Shown: positions 1-13,885 of the stretch, in pieces | Layout of the letters: the number at the start of each line of letters is the position of its first letter | How positions within the stretch are numbered: the first letter of the stretch is position 1 | Assembly: GCA_965655095.1 (NCBI GenBank) | Contig: OZ296657.1 | Location: forward strand, 13,268,001 to 13,332,000 | Origin: Haplodiscus bocki | Taxonomy: Eukaryota | Direction of reading: 5' to 3' | DNA length: 64,000 nucleotides | Program-made: the position numbers and the translations under genes | Notes under the pieces: model-generated | Database searches by the model: none | The model's input: the letters and a program-made list of their open reading frames with translations, nothing else | What the model was told of the DNA's origin: nothing

Positions 1-160
1 TGAGAAAACTGTTGGGGAGTGGTAGCACGAAAAAAACTACAAGCAGAATTATTCCAACAAAATCTGCAAAAGAAACCAGTCGGTCGCGAAGTCGCGAAGA
101 GAAGTTTCATTCAAACATTTCTCACTAATCGAATCAAATATATTTCGGTACCAACCTATT

Positions 161-1474
161 GTGGCACTTTTTAAAAATCTAAGAGGGAAGGTCCCAATAA
201 ATAAGAATGTCTCGTCTTCCCAGGAAGAAGAGTTTTGTCTCACTACCTTACTTGATAGGAACTGCATAGAGTTTAAATTTCAAACGGATCCGAAGTATCA
301 CGTTGATTTGGGACAGACTTACTTGGCTTTGAGACCGAATATTGTCAAGGGTCGTGGTTACGAAACTTCAAAGATCAGAAAAGTTAAAAAGGAGAAAAAA
401 AGCAGCAAAAGCGGATGAGGAAATGGTGACTACTAAGAGGCACCAATTTCCCTCGTTACTCTTGTAAACAACATTTTGCACTACATTTTGTCCAATGTTG
501 GGGTTTCGATCAACAATCAGCAAGTTTACAGTTCGTTTCGATTCTATGCGCACAAAACTTCTATTTCCAAAAACTTCAGGTGAGCCATCTTTGAACACAA
601 GGGAGTTTTGCTTTGCGACGGGTACGACTACGAAGAATATCCGGATTAAATTATGGAAGCGCCTTTGTCCAAGGATTTTTTCACAAGGAGAATGCAAACG
701 CTCAGTAGACCCGACGGCTTCATGTTTTTTGGTAAACTGGGTGTAGACTTTTTTCTCCACTTCTGAATTGCTGTATCCAAATTGGAGAAATAGGTTACGA
801 CTATTAGGAATCAGACTTAGTTCCTACGTGATTACGGACAACCCCAACGTTAGTCTTGGAATTGTTTTTTACTCACTCTACACTCGCCGTATTGTTCTGT
901 AGGACGATTATCGCAAGAAAAGAATCGATATAATTGCATAAACTCCTCTGGAGTTCAACTAATTGGAATCTCTAGCATAGAATTTTATCATTCCGGCGGG
1001 ACAAAAGCGGTTCATCCAAGAAAACAATTTCAACAATGCTCCACTTCGACGGATTGCTAATGCAATGAAAACAAACTCTGCTTTCAGTGGATCGTACAAT
1101 GAAATCAGTTCTGGTATCAACATTTTGATCTCACACAGAAAATGAAATTCAGAGGTGGTCAGCCAATCGTACACTTTTCTGCTGCAAATAATCGTCGCCT
1201 TTATAATACCACAAGGGGAGCAATGAAACTTCAAGATGATATCCCCTTAATTCCAATTGATAATTTCAAAGACCATTATGTACTAGTGTTTAATTTGACT
1301 TCGATGCATGATGCTACTGAAAAATCTCACTACCCAGAACTAGTTGGAAAACCACTGAGACCGAAGCTGAGTTTTATTTTCCTTCTAAAACACGTTACTT
1401 AACTCAGTGCATTGGGGGAACGAATATCTTAGCTGGTAGTTGACAAATTTGCTATTGTTGGAAAGAATGTCTAA
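161..1474 (+). pseudogene. Polinton major capsid protein (PY-type double jelly-roll), frameshifted
   Basis: Fragments joined across frames: CIEFKFQT..VDLGQTYL, LVNNILH..SNV, GKLGVDFF..LLYPN, FIIPAGQ..NNAPLRRI, DHYVLVFNLTS..HYPELVGKPLR. Order matches Maverick PY. Confidence 0.75.
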
Positions 1475-1475
1475 A

Positions 1476-1865
1476 ATGAATTATGTTTCTCTCCAGCAAA
1501 TATTCAATCGTATTCCACTACTCAGGTATCACTACCTTGGTTCAGTTTCCCCAGACTATGTTCCACTACTTGACAATTAAAAATTTGTCATTTTAAACAC
1601 ACAACCCAGCAATATTCAGTGTGAACACTGCATAATGATTGCACACTCTCGTCACAAATATTTATTTTTCAGACTCTCTCGATCGACCCAAATTTCTCAA
1701 GCAGCAAAACGAGCAGATGATACCAGAACCACTACAATCCAACTGCATCCTTTGCGGTTTCTACAAGCTAAATGCAGCTTTTCATCTTTTCAAATTCCGA
1801 CAAGAAGAAATAACTTGAGTTCATAATGTTAAATAAAATTCATTCATAAGTATTTACATGTTATA
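1476..1865 (+). pseudogene. Adenain-like cysteine protease of Polinton, decayed
   Basis: MNYVSLQQIFNRIPLLRYHYLGSVSPDYVP..ILNTQPSNIQCEHC (GEHW-like) ... PLQS..CGFY; directly after MCP. Confidence 0.65.
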
Positions 1866-4800
1866 TATTTTTTTTAACGCGAATATGCAGATTATACAAT
1901 GTGTTTGTAAATATTTAGAGACTTTAAAAAACTTTTCTAAACTTTACTGCAATCGTTTTACATTGCATTAAGTCAAATCAGTAACGTGAGAGAAAGTGAT
2001 TGATACCGCTTGTATGGCCGGTCTTTCCTCTTATGACTGGTCTTTCCCTTTATCACCTTTCCTTATATGATATATTGTAACGAGTAACACTTACTACATA
2101 ATGTTGGCCAATTTTTTTTTGCATTCCTACAATCAATTCGATACAATCTCTACGTTTGTATGAGTTTTTTCTGTTGAATTTTTGTTCCGCAGGCGTCCCC
2201 GAGTTTTACCCTATCTTCATACCTTACCAAAATATACTCTATTTTAATACGTTACCGATCTATACCTTATCTCGATACATTACCGAGTTATACCCTATCT
2301 TGATATTTTACCGAACTATCTTACCACATAGCATTAAGTCGCAGTAGTATCCGCAGGTGTTATAATTAACCGCAGGCGTCATACTTAGACCGCTCTCTAA
2401 TAATAAACCGCGCGGGCGGGATGCAAGAAAAAAATCCGTTCAAATGTTTTTTCAATATAGTGTCATAGTGTCGGAAATGAGTCATTCAGCCCACTTCCTA
2501 TCTTTATACATGGCTTCCTACATGGCTTGATACAATGACTCGGCTCATACTGGAACTATACCTTATGTTAGTACATCACCAAACACACTCGGATTTCGCC
2601 CAAAGCCAAAACGTTGGCAGCAGCCAATCAGAATCGGGCACGAAAAACCCTAATCTTCGTCAGCCAATCTGAATCGAGTGTTACGACACTCAAAAACACT
2701 CGAGAGCTCTCGGCTAGGATGGAAGACCCTTCTCGGCTCTCGGCTCTTCTGAGCTCGCTATAGCCTATCTTAATATATAGGGTCTTCCACCCCCCCCCAC
2801 CACCACCTCTGGTCACTCTTATACTACTGAGATGTATTCTTGTCGCTATCAATGGAGAAATCAGATACATTAGTTACGGGAAAGTTGATAGTTTCACAGG
2901 TGCTTTCCGATATAAAAGGGCTGCTTTGAAGTGATTCGGTAACGATCTAAAAAATATACGGCTCCTTTTTCAGTCAGCAATTTGAATTGTCAGCAGTTTG
3001 GTGAAGATATTTTTGTATGTTTGAAAAAGGTTTGCAGGGTTTCAAAATCAATGACAATTTATGATTTGTTGAAGAAATGAAGTATATTAAACTAAACAAA
3101 AAAAACCTAAAACTTGTCTCCAATATCGGTGTGACAGGAAAATTTGAAACAGCAAAAAAAAAGAAAGAGAACAGATCATTTTTTCGTTAGAGCTCTAAAT
3201 TGGTAAATTGGGGAAGTGTTGAAGTTGTTGGCTATAACTGTAATTGTGGGTAAGTTTGAAAAAAATAACGATGAGCTGTAATCGAGCGGATACCAAAGAT
3301 CGATTTGGAAAGGTGGTTTTCTCAATATGTATTGACTGTTTGTGTGTATATGTCAAGAAACCGAGTTACAGGGTGTTTAAATGAACCTACATTTTTACAC
3401 GGAAAAGGGAAAAATTTTAACTGTTTACACAGTAATTTCAATAGTTGGATTTTTCCAATTTTATATTGTATTGACAGCATGAGATTTCTGGCTATTTGGT
3501 TGAAGATGAACCCTGATTTGATAACTATTTGACGTGGTTGAGAAAAAGATGATAAAGATGGTTATAAATTTGCCATTGTTTTGCAGTTTCGAAAGTGAAC
3601 AAAAACAGGATTTTTTTAACTTCGCTTTCAATAAAAACATTTGTAATTTCAGTATCGGACATCCAGATCTAGAATAGGATGATATATGCGAAAATTTGAT
3701 GAATTCCGCTCTGTCTAAAATATTAAATTGTCTCGATAAAATATTTCGATATTCTTTGCAGGTGGACTTTCACTTCTTTCTATAAATAATTGCCTGATAT
3801 GAAACGGAAAGGTGGTTTTTTTGTGGTATGTCTTGTTTCGTGATCGATCAAAACTTAAAGATTTCATGCTATGTTCAACTTGAAGTTTACTTCCTACGGG
3901 TTGGAAGTTGAGCATCACAAAACTTCAAATAAATGTCAGTAATCACCCCCAATATTAATTTTGGATTAGGCATTCGGGAAAATTTTACTGACGTATTAAA
4001 CCAGATGAAGTAGAATGAATTGATAAACGTCAACAAGTGAAATATTTGTCAAAAGCGGCTCAGATTTCATTGTTGGATAAATTTTAATTAGGTTTTAAGC
4101 TCTGAGTGTTTTTGGAGTCTTCTCTTATTGTTAGAGCTGCAAAGTTTCCGGTATAATCAGTACCTTTATTGTTGAGCCATGGGTTCTAACTCCTTGACTG
4201 TTTAAGTCGTAAATTCCAACTCTTTTTACCAGAGAATGAAAGAGAATGGAAAGTATAGATGAAAGACAAACTATGATTGAATCGAAGTGTGTTAGCAAAA
4301 CAGTGTTTTTATGCAAACCCCTTGTGAGAACTCTCTGGCTACTAGAATTTCTGGTGATAGCGGATTCATTACAACAGCTTTTTTGAACTGAATGTTGAAC
4401 TTCAAAACCACTTTGTCTGATACTTCCGTTTATCGTTCCTTGTTTATGAATATCCTTCCGCATGTAGCTAGTCCGTTGTTTGATAACCCTCGTGATGAAG
4501 GCTGGGGTTTAGATTTTTGCGCATGGAAACTCCCGCCTTTTGCTTCACTCCCTCTAGTCTATTCGTACAACTTTATAAAAAGCACTGAATAGACCATTCG
4601 CCTTGGTGTGCTTTTGTAAAAGTTTCTGGAGCTCAATTAGTCGAGCACCTAATTGGAAAAAAATGTTGGTTTCATGTTTTTAAACATTTCTTCAGGAGGT
4701 TATTTGTCATTTGAGCCGTGGAAATGTTGTAATGGATCTAATAATGGAGAAAATTTGTCGGCCCAAGAACAGGAACAGAAGAATTAAGCGTAAAACAAAC

Positions 4801-7800
4801 AACCGGATGATCCGAATTTGAAAAGAGACTTGAAATAGACATGAATGGACTTGGAGGAGTAGTTAAATGAGAGTTTTTGATAATATTTGGGAATGATTGA
4901 GAGAGTTTGAAGTAAATTTCGCCCTTTTTGGAAGCATTCGAAACAAAAAGTTTAGTATTGTAATCACGATTTACGTTAGTGTCTACAGGGATTTCAGTCG
5001 AAACTAGAATTTATTGAGACATTCGGAGTTTATTTCTTTACGAGTCAGTGGGAGCTGCAGAGAAACGCGGAAAAATTGGAAACAAGACTGCCAGCTACCA
5101 GCAGCAAATTTTGCGCCTTCCCACCTTAATAAAGATGTCTGTTTAGAAGAAGAAAGCGTTTTATTTCCAAAAAACTCTCTCCTTTATTTAGACGGAATCA
5201 TTTATTGTAATTCTTCCAACGTTAAGTTTTCTGAATTTTAGCAAAAACTTTTCAAAATTTAATTGGAAAGACAACAATTGCAGGAAAAATTTACCATTTA
5301 ATACGCACTGAATGAAAAAAACCATACTAAGCGACTTCGAAAAGTTTCAATGCTTTACCTCAAAAAATACATTTTTTGTTTTAAAAAAGTTTCCTTTGTT
5401 CTGTTTTAGTCCAGAAATTTTACTATCCTAGTCCCAATGCACGGAAAATTTCTTCAAGTTGGTGAATGAAAAGCAAGCTCAAAAACATGCACGCACGTCG
5501 TTTAACGTGAACGCAATTGGCAAACATCGGGTAAGGAAGCACCACATTCGAATGAATGGTTTTGCTTCCATAATTTATTCATGGCGCAAAAATCTAAAGT
5601 TCGTTGTAACAAAAAAAGTATTAGTTTTTAAAAAGGAAAGAGTTCCGTAAATTTATTCTCAGTGATGTATTATTTGATATTGGGTAAGAGTTTGTCCGTG
5701 ACGAATGTGTAATTGTTGTTGGATGTTTGGTTTGTGGTTAGTACCAGAGACAAAAAAGTTCTTGTAGATGCTTATGGTACGTACACTGCTTCATCTGACG
5801 TGTTTGGAAAAAAAATGTGTGTGCGTTATTCAATGGAATCGTTCTAAAGTTTTGATTCATCCTAAAGTTTTGGTTCTTTTGTGTAAGACTTCTATGGGGT
5901 GCATGAAGTTGTGTAAATTGAGTTGATATTTAGGAGGGACAAAAAATTAATTATCTTGAAGCTGTTAAAGGAGCTCTGCATTTTTTACAGCCAGCTTGCG
6001 AGTTTGCAGATGGAACATTAGCCTGAATTATGGTGCTAAGTGATGGTGTAAAGACAATTTTTCTGAACTATTTTTGGTGGTCAAATTACCAAAAGTTTGA
6101 GTTACGGTATCAATTGCCGATTGATTGAGAGAACAAAAGTTGGAGCTGGAGTTCTTCGTTGAAGTTCTTCCTGAAACAAAATCGATAAGTGATAAAATAT
6201 TTTTTGTTGTTTGCAGACAGTTTTGTTTTAACTGTAAAGTTTGTTGGTTTCAGTATTATATGAACCCGAATTTGAATTCAGACGCGGCGAACGCACACGT
6301 CCAGTAGAATATTCACAGAAAAAACAAAAAAAAAGACAAAACATCAATGGGGTACACAGGATAATACTTTAAATTATACTACATCAATGGAGGTACACAG
6401 GAAAATCGTAAAATTAGAAAAAAAACAAGAATAGTAAAATTAGTGAGAAACTTAAGTTAAATTAGTAAAACATAAATTATCAATGGGGGTACACAAGATT
6501 AAATATAAATATTTTTTGTTTATAAAAAAGTCACAATAACTTTTTGACTTGCCTGTTTCTCAACACCACATTAAATTCCTTAGAAACAGTAATTTATAAG
6601 ACTATTTACCACTTATGTGAATTGGAATGGTGAAAAAAACTTGCACATGCACTTCTTACAACTAAACGGGAGTGAAAAAAACAACCACTATCCAACTATA
6701 CAACCCGTAGAACATAGAATAAAACCACCGTATTGAATGTATAATACCAATTCCGAGGTGAGCTTTCAATTTCATTTAAATAATATCGTTTATCATCAGA
6801 AATTGACAGTGCAGTTTTACTTACTTTTTGAAGATACAGATCACGATTAACAGACTTTATGAACTAGGTATCACATTCTTTCTAATGTTCTTCTTCAAAT
6901 AAACAAATATAATCTTCGTTAAAATTAAAATTTTCTGACCTATATTTTGCGGTTGAATGAAAAATTATTTTTCTCTTTAAATCCATGTACGATTAAAAAA
7001 ATCACTACTGCAATATATGTGATAAAAAGATTAACTTCAAATCTAAAAAAAAACCTCTTCAAAGTCTAACTCACAAAGAAATTGAAAAACATAAACGATT
7101 GAAACACATTATCCAAAATCCTGATTTCTTTGATATAGACTCAAAACTTCACGAAGATATCACTAATCACAAAAAAAGAAATCGAGTTTTACCTCCCTGT
7201 ATATGGTTTTATTTTAATTTTCATCAAAGAATTTACTTCCTAATTTCAATCAGAATTAACCCAAAAAACTTTTTTCAAAAAAAATTGTTAATCGAAATTC
7301 AAAATTTTTTGAAAGAGGACATACACTTTTTCATTTATCTGGTATGTTTATTACTACCGTTATTTCTATTAGAAACACGAGTTATCAATATTATCCTAAG
7401 CAAACAAAATCAATGCTTTGAAGATTTTTGAATAGAATGATCGATTCATATCTATATCTCGTAAACTCACTAGATAGAACTGTTTCTCATCCAATAAATC
7501 GAAAAATCTCACATATGCCATTTTTTATACTTTATGAACTTTTTCTCCTAATAGCGTATATAAATTTAAAAAAATCGAAGCTGATGAATTTTCTCAATGA
7601 TAACATCCACAGAGTCTTGATTTTTTTGAATAGTTTTATATGATCTATAAGTCCAAGTAAGCGACAGAAAAAATTCGTTTCTCATAGCAAGTCTTTTGAA
7701 TGAATCACCTAAACCCATTTTTGCAGCTGGATTAATAAATCAATTTTCCAATCCTTATAACAATCAAAGTTTAAAACGGCTTTAATGGCTTTCATTTATA

Positions 7801-8027
7801 TAATATAAACAAATAGAAACACTAAAAACAACCGATGATAGTTTTAGTGGAAAGAACACCATACAAAATATAGATGCCAAAAATGATGAAAATGATCTCA
7901 ATATCACACTAGTTTTTCAACCTGAAGATTTGAATTGTTTTTTGCTTCCAGTTTTAATAATATGGAAAACTGTCACATAAAAATTGAGAACTGAAGGTCT
8001 CATCGTGTTTTCATAATAACTGAAAAA

Positions 8028-8750
8028 TGGATGAACTTCTATACCCATCTCATCCTGATAGATGCAATAATACAGGGCCAAGCGATTGCGCAAAATCATT
8101 CTTTCTAACAAAGTTAATTCTCAATTTTCTTTATGAATTTGGAAAAAAATTTTCTTTTCACCATCTCGCCACCATGATATATATCAGAAATTAATTAATT
8201 TTTTTAGTAACTCCCACCAAAAAATATAATCCAGAACAATCTTAGAGAAGAAGATTTAGATCCATTAATCGAGGAAATAGTTATTGATGAAAACCTTGAG
8301 AAAATAGAAAAAAATAGAAGCAAACGAATTATTAGGAGAAGTAAAATACCCTCAGGAATAGAATTCAAATCAACCAACTGTAAATATTTTGGAAGATTTA
8401 AACGGAAAAAAATGTTCTCCGAATTCAGGCAATGTATAAACTATCTAAATATGCAAAGTAACATATTTAATTTCAAAATCAATCAAGATCATTAAGAAAT
8501 ACCAAAAAAAAAACAACTTTTAGGGCTAAAGGAAATATCCATAAAATATTCAAACCAAACAACTTCAGAGATGTTCAAGACCTATATGAAGACAAAACAA
8601 GTATAGTTATGACAACTAATGAACTCAAATTTTTAATTTCTAGTTGGTGGAATGGAAAAGATCAACCTCTAACTATTGACATGACAAGAAAAATATACAC
8701 AAGACCTTATCGATTGAGATTTTTTTCATTCCAGTTACAAATCCTTTTTA
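8028..8750 (+). pseudogene. A32/FtsK-like DNA packaging ATPase remnant
   Basis: LLYPSHPDRC..TGPSDCAKS is a degenerate Walker A (IITGPSECGKS type); homologous to 14820-15533. Confidence 0.6.
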
Positions 8751-9874
8751 AGTTATTTAAATGAGTTGTAACCCCCCATGTCACTAGAAAAGAAATGATC
8801 GAATGAGCAAGTTATCAGAACAGCGAAAAAAATCAAAGAGCAGATAAAGTTAAATAAAGTCTTTTTACACAAATTCATATTGAATAATTAGCAGAAACCT
8901 TCAAACCTTTAACTCAAAAGTTCAGAGAAGTGAATGTATCTACTAAAAACTTAGAAAAAGTATTTAAAATAACAGGTTCTGATAATGAAACAAAGAAAGT
9001 TCTAACACCTGCTCTGCCAAATATAGAAAGTCATTCATCTGAAAGTTTTGTATACGATACATCATTACAAAATACATAAGAGGGTATGAAGAGAACGATT
9101 GATTTCTTTAAAATACGTGAAAAACCTGATATGTCGTGAAATGGAAAACCTTTTGAAATACTAAGAGGATAAAGAGTTCAAATTGGAGATAAAGTGTATG
9201 ATTTTACCACGAACGTTCAAATTGTCATATCAAATATTCAACCTAAATTAGGTAGACTAAGTGATGCTGAACAATTATTTCCAAATGATGTCCAGAAAAG
9301 TCCTAACTACAAAATTTATAAAACAGTAGGTGGAGAACGAAGATTGAAGAGATTCCGACATATCAGAATTTTGCTTCCTCAAGAAATCAATGAAGTGAAA
9401 AGCAAAATCTAAGAGGTGAAGCAATGAAAGTTATCATCCCCTCGAATATTATTGATATATGGACTACATTAAAAAACTTACTGGGATCAGAACTAAATGG
9501 TCATTATGTACCCTAACAGACGAATCAAAATTGTTAGATCAGTTATACGTGAGAGGAGAACTACAAAACGACCAACAGTACCAAAATGATCTTGGTAAGT
9601 TTAGTGCAATTTAATTGGAACTACCAAGCAAATTTTTAGAGCAAAAAGTTTTCCATACAAAACCTAAAACTGAAGAACATATGTTGATTGTTAGGCTGAA
9701 AACTACGCATGAAAAAAAATTCTCAACCTCTACAAACTAAAAACAAGAAACTTGAAATCACTGTCACCTTCCTAACAGTTGATTTCAGTATCTTTGATGT
9801 TAAAACTGGGAAATATTAAATTTGTATTTAGCATAGTCCAATATCAAAAAAAGTGTTTCATCCGAATAACTTTT

Positions 9875-10074
9875 NNNNNNNNNNNNNNNNNNNNNNNNNN
9901 NNNNNNNNNNNNNNNNNNNNNNNNNNNNNNNNNNNNNNNNNNNNNNNNNNNNNNNNNNNNNNNNNNNNNNNNNNNNNNNNNNNNNNNNNNNNNNNNNNNN
10001 NNNNNNNNNNNNNNNNNNNNNNNNNNNNNNNNNNNNNNNNNNNNNNNNNNNNNNNNNNNNNNNNNNNNNNNNNN
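9875..10074. other. Assembly gap (200 N)
   Basis: N run. Confidence 1.
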
Positions 10075-10259
10075 AAAACATCGAAACCTGTTTGGTGTTT
10101 TGAGATGATATAGGCTCAGCGCGTAATATTAACAGTCCTGAATATTTGAGAGTAGCTCAACAAACAGCTGTTAGAAGAGAAGTTCCAGACAAAAGAAACA
10201 GAAATGCAGTTTTCGATTATGTTGATGTTGAAAGTTCTATAGATTGATCATTTTTCGTT

Positions 10260-11260
10260 GTTTTGAAAACAAAGACTTCTCCAAAAATGTTTGAGCTTGT
10301 TTCACTATAAATGAAGCCAACATCAAAGGGTGGTATTATTGTTGCTCCTGTTTTCTTTGTTGGTGAACTCGTTTTTGTTGATTTAAAAAACTTTCGTATT
10401 TTTCATGATTACATTTTTCTTTGCATTTTATATTCCATTGCTGTAAAACAAACCCACCTGACTTTGGTGCTTCAATCACTGTTGCATCTACAATTTGTTC
10501 CCTGTGATCTTTTGAATAATTATAAACGCTTGCTCCGACATTGATTTTTTAAAATTTTCCTGAAGTAAGGTTGTATCTGAGAATATGATCTCTCGTAATG
10601 AACAAGCGACATATTTCTTTTTTAAGAGTTCTTTATCCGTAGCTTCATTTATACTAATTTTAAAACCTTCTAAAATTTTTTCACCTTTGTAATAGCAAAT
10701 TTCTTATCTTGAGTTTCAAACACTACAGATAAATCACGTCTACTTCTATCCTTTTCAGAAAAGGAATCAACGTAAGCTTTGGATGTAGCGTGGTTATCAT
10801 CAGTAGCTTCAAAATTTTCATTTCTTTGTGATAATTTGCTTAAAGAAGTGTTTTCAATATCTTTATTTTTTTGTTTCTTACAAAATTTGTTCCATCTAAA
10901 CTTTGATCATCTCTTTTTGGTGTTATATGTCCTCCTACTGCATGATATGCGTTTACTTTAACAAAACCAACAATATCGAGATTTTGACCAATAAAGTCAA
11001 CATCTGCAGGCAGAGTTTCTTACTACACCAGTAACCATTGATTTTAACATCTTGATAGAATTTTGAAGCCAATTCCCGTGGATCGAACGGAATAGGTGAT
11101 CTTTTAATTTCAAAATCAGTTTTCGTTTTGATGGATTAATCAGATTACTTTCAATAGTTTTACTTCTTAAGTACGGTTTTTGAACGAATGAAGATGTATC
11201 AAGTTTACTTTCCATATCAAGCAGGAAATATAATGTACTACCAAAGACACTTGTTGACAC
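10260..11260 (-). pseudogene. Putative fibre/spike-like virion protein remnant
   Basis: ATDDNHATSKAYVD (10768-10807) resembles the A(A/T)K.YVD motif of fibre proteins; follows the protease. Confidence 0.4.
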
Positions 11261-11269
11261 TTAAATAAC

Positions 11270-11663
11270 TAAATTAAATTTTCAAAGAAGCGTTAAAGTA
11301 ACCCATTTTTTCCATCAGATAGGAAAAATACAAACAAGACATTCCACATAGTCTACTCTACAGTTTTTGAAATTTATACTTATGAAAAAAGATTGGTTTT
11401 GGTAAGTGTTAATGTTAATTTTATCGGGATAGTCTCCAAACGAAGCAAAGTAGATTGATTTGTTAACTTTTATGTAAAAACATGTCCAATGAGTTCCTCC
11501 CATACTACCGTTACTAAAAGTTACGATTCCTCTGTAAGTGCTCATTATAGAATCTCTTGGATAAATAGGATAGTTGTAAACTTTATCCGAATCAGATTCG
11601 CTTGTAGTTTAATCCATCAATCCATATTTTTTCATGAATTTTTTCAAACTAAGAGTTGTCATA
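11270..11663 (-). pseudogene. Adenain-like cysteine protease remnant
   Basis: GIVTFSNGSMGGTHWTCFY..IYFASFG ... SRLCGMSCLYF; His and Cys catalytic motifs. Confidence 0.75.
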
Positions 11664-11689
11664 TTGAATGTTTTTAATTTTATTATTTT

Positions 11690-12938
11690 TTTTACCATAA
11701 TATTTTCTCTATGTCTGGTTGGTATGATAAATAATCTAGCATTAGCGGGGTCAACTCTAGATTCTTCGAATAACTGTCTTTTAGGGATTATAACACCAAT
11801 TTGAAATCTTAAATCATTGACTGGAATAAGATAAATGTTTTTCATATCAGAAGAAGTTCCGAAAAGACTTAATATTTCTTCTCCAACGTACTCTTTATGA
11901 AAGAATTCAAGATCTCTATATTGATCAAGATAATCAATTTTAGCATTCATAAAACTAAGAGAATCTTCACAAAATCTTATACCATAGATTTCTAGAAATT
12001 AAATTCTAACATCAACTTTATCGAAAACTGCTATAATGTTTACTTTGGTTGCAACTCCTATTCCAGCAAACTTTTGGTGAGCTACTTTTTGATATTTCGG
12101 ATTGTTTACTTTTTAAGCAGAACCTATATCAACCTGAAATTCCAATACGGTCTCGATAGGTTTTCTATCTGTAAACCACGAGTCAAAGGTTAATCTGAAA
12201 CTGTTTTTGATTGAAGCGTGAAACGTTACTTGTGCTTCGGCATTAAGAATGAAAATTGGAACGTATGAACAAAAACTATTAAAGGTTTTCGTATTGTAAA
12301 TAGCTAGTGTTGTGTAAACCAAATCATGTCAATCTACGGTTTTGAAGTTAGAAGAAATTTTAATTTCTTGGTTGTTTTTTAAAAAACTTCCCAAAGTCAG
12401 AAAATTATGTGTTCTAGTAGTATTTGCTCTGTTTCTTCCTTTGTTTGATACTATGTTGTGGTTAATAATAAATATTTGTTTTAAACATGTATTGCTTATT
12501 GTATTTCCATCAATTTTATCGTAGTAAGATGCTAAATCTCCACCTTTACTTGTTAAAACTCTCATTTTTGTTGAAAGTTTGCCGACATATTAATTGTATT
12601 CCAATTCACTCCCGCCGGTTGTACTTAGCCTGCCTTCTTGAAAAGTAAAAGCAATTGCAGTTTTTACTAATCTATTTTCATTACCATTAGTAAAATCAAG
12701 ATCATGTGGATTGGGAGGATTACTTGGAGCATTAGGGGAGCAACCTTTTTTCGGTTATATCTTGATGAAAGTATGCATTACCAATTTGATGACAATAGTT
12801 ACTTTGTCCAAAAATAATGGTCTGATCGGGATCGTTCACTCGTACTCCTTGTTGATGATAAAAATTTTTCAAGTTTCTTTTTATTACTGAATTATCAATT
12901 GTTTCCTTATCTATCATTTGGAAATCTCCAACGTTCAT
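11690..12938 (-). pseudogene. Major capsid protein (adintovirus/Polinton type) remnant
   Basis: IDNSVIKR..YHQQG..IIFGQSNY..IGNAY, EFQVDIGSA..NPKY, DYLDQYRDL..KEYVGE; ~1.25 kb gene between minor capsid and protease. Confidence 0.65.
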
Positions 12939-13089
12939 TTATATACCATAAAAACCTTTCTTGATAAAAATTTTTGTTTTAAGGTTTGTAGAGTTGGAGG
13001 TAATGGAGACTTAGTATTTTCCAGTTCGGGTATTGGTTTCGAATTTCTTTTAGCACGCAATCGTGATTTAAATAACTTCTTTGACATCT

Positions 13090-13885
13090 ATTTGTAAAAA
13101 TTTAAAATTCTATGATTGATAATCGGAAAGTTACTAATGGACCGTTGAAAAATACCAATTATCTTTTTTCATATCTTAGTTTAAAACTGATAATTAAATT
13201 AAAGGCTTTACTTTCCCTCATATACCACTGAAACCCTCCTTTAGCTTTTCATAAATGTTCAAAATCGGGATCTGCATCCATTGAGAAATTATGAATTATT
13301 CCAGTTGCTCAACTTTTGAATATCATTCCCTGGGCAACATCAGTCTCGAAGAAAAAAATATCAAACGATAACATGTCAACAAGATTATGTAACATCTTGT
13401 ACATATCATGTAATACATTCGGTGTACACCCTAAAAGATACTGCAAAGTATCATCTTGAAAACGATTTGCCATACTCTACCAGGTTAAATTTCTAAAAAA
13501 ACTACCCACATTTGAGAAAATTTCTTGAAGTGAAAACGGATAATCTTCTTCTGTTATATATCCTTCATCATTTATAACTCGTTTAAATCCTTTTTTTGAA
13601 AACTACAATTCATAAGCTCCTGAAATTTTTATGAATTATTTTGTATTCAGCTTTTTCAAACACTGATGTGAAAGTGATATTACTATTTTTACTTGTAATA
13701 TTGAAGACACCGTTATAAACGTTTAGAAAGGTGAAGGCGATTTTGAATTGTCTGTTATAAGTTTTTTGAGGTTGCGACAAAGTTTCTTTATGAGTGAATT
13801 TATCCATAACAAAGAACAAATGTTCTTCAACTTTAGGTCTTGTTCTGAATGCTTTTGTTCTAAAATTTTACCTGGAAATTCCATT
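13090..13885 (-). pseudogene. Minor capsid (penton) protein remnant
   Basis: MLSFDIFFFETDVAQGMIF..TGIIHNFSMDADP..GFQWYM..ISFKL resembles Polinton minor capsid C-termini; upstream of MCP. Confidence 0.55.

Larger units (their letters stand above)
1..2828 (+). mobile_element. Polinton/Maverick right-end remnant (MCP, protease, terminal region)
   Basis: Decayed capsid and protease genes, then a low-complexity subterminal region ending ...CCCCCCACCACCACCTCTGGTCACTCTTATACTACT at 2828 (reverse complement AGTAGTAT, a typical Polinton terminus). Confidence 0.75.
6280..10250 (+). mobile_element. Decayed Polinton/adintovirus-like element A (Zn-finger gene, packaging ATPase, small ORF, start of minor capsid, MCP fragment after the gap)
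   Basis: Three ATCAATGG(GG)GTACACA motifs (6342-6497); HYCNICDK..LQSLTH (~7000); MDELLYPSHPDRC..TGPSDCAKS (~8030); MKVIIPSNIIDIW (9424); DIGSARNINSPEYL (~10110). Same gene order as element B, inverted. Confidence 0.7.

Noticed and set aside
2830-6270. Possible retroelement accessory-gene remnants (similar stretches at 55340-58090 and 60600-61900)
   Set aside because: No diagnostic motif recoverable by eye.
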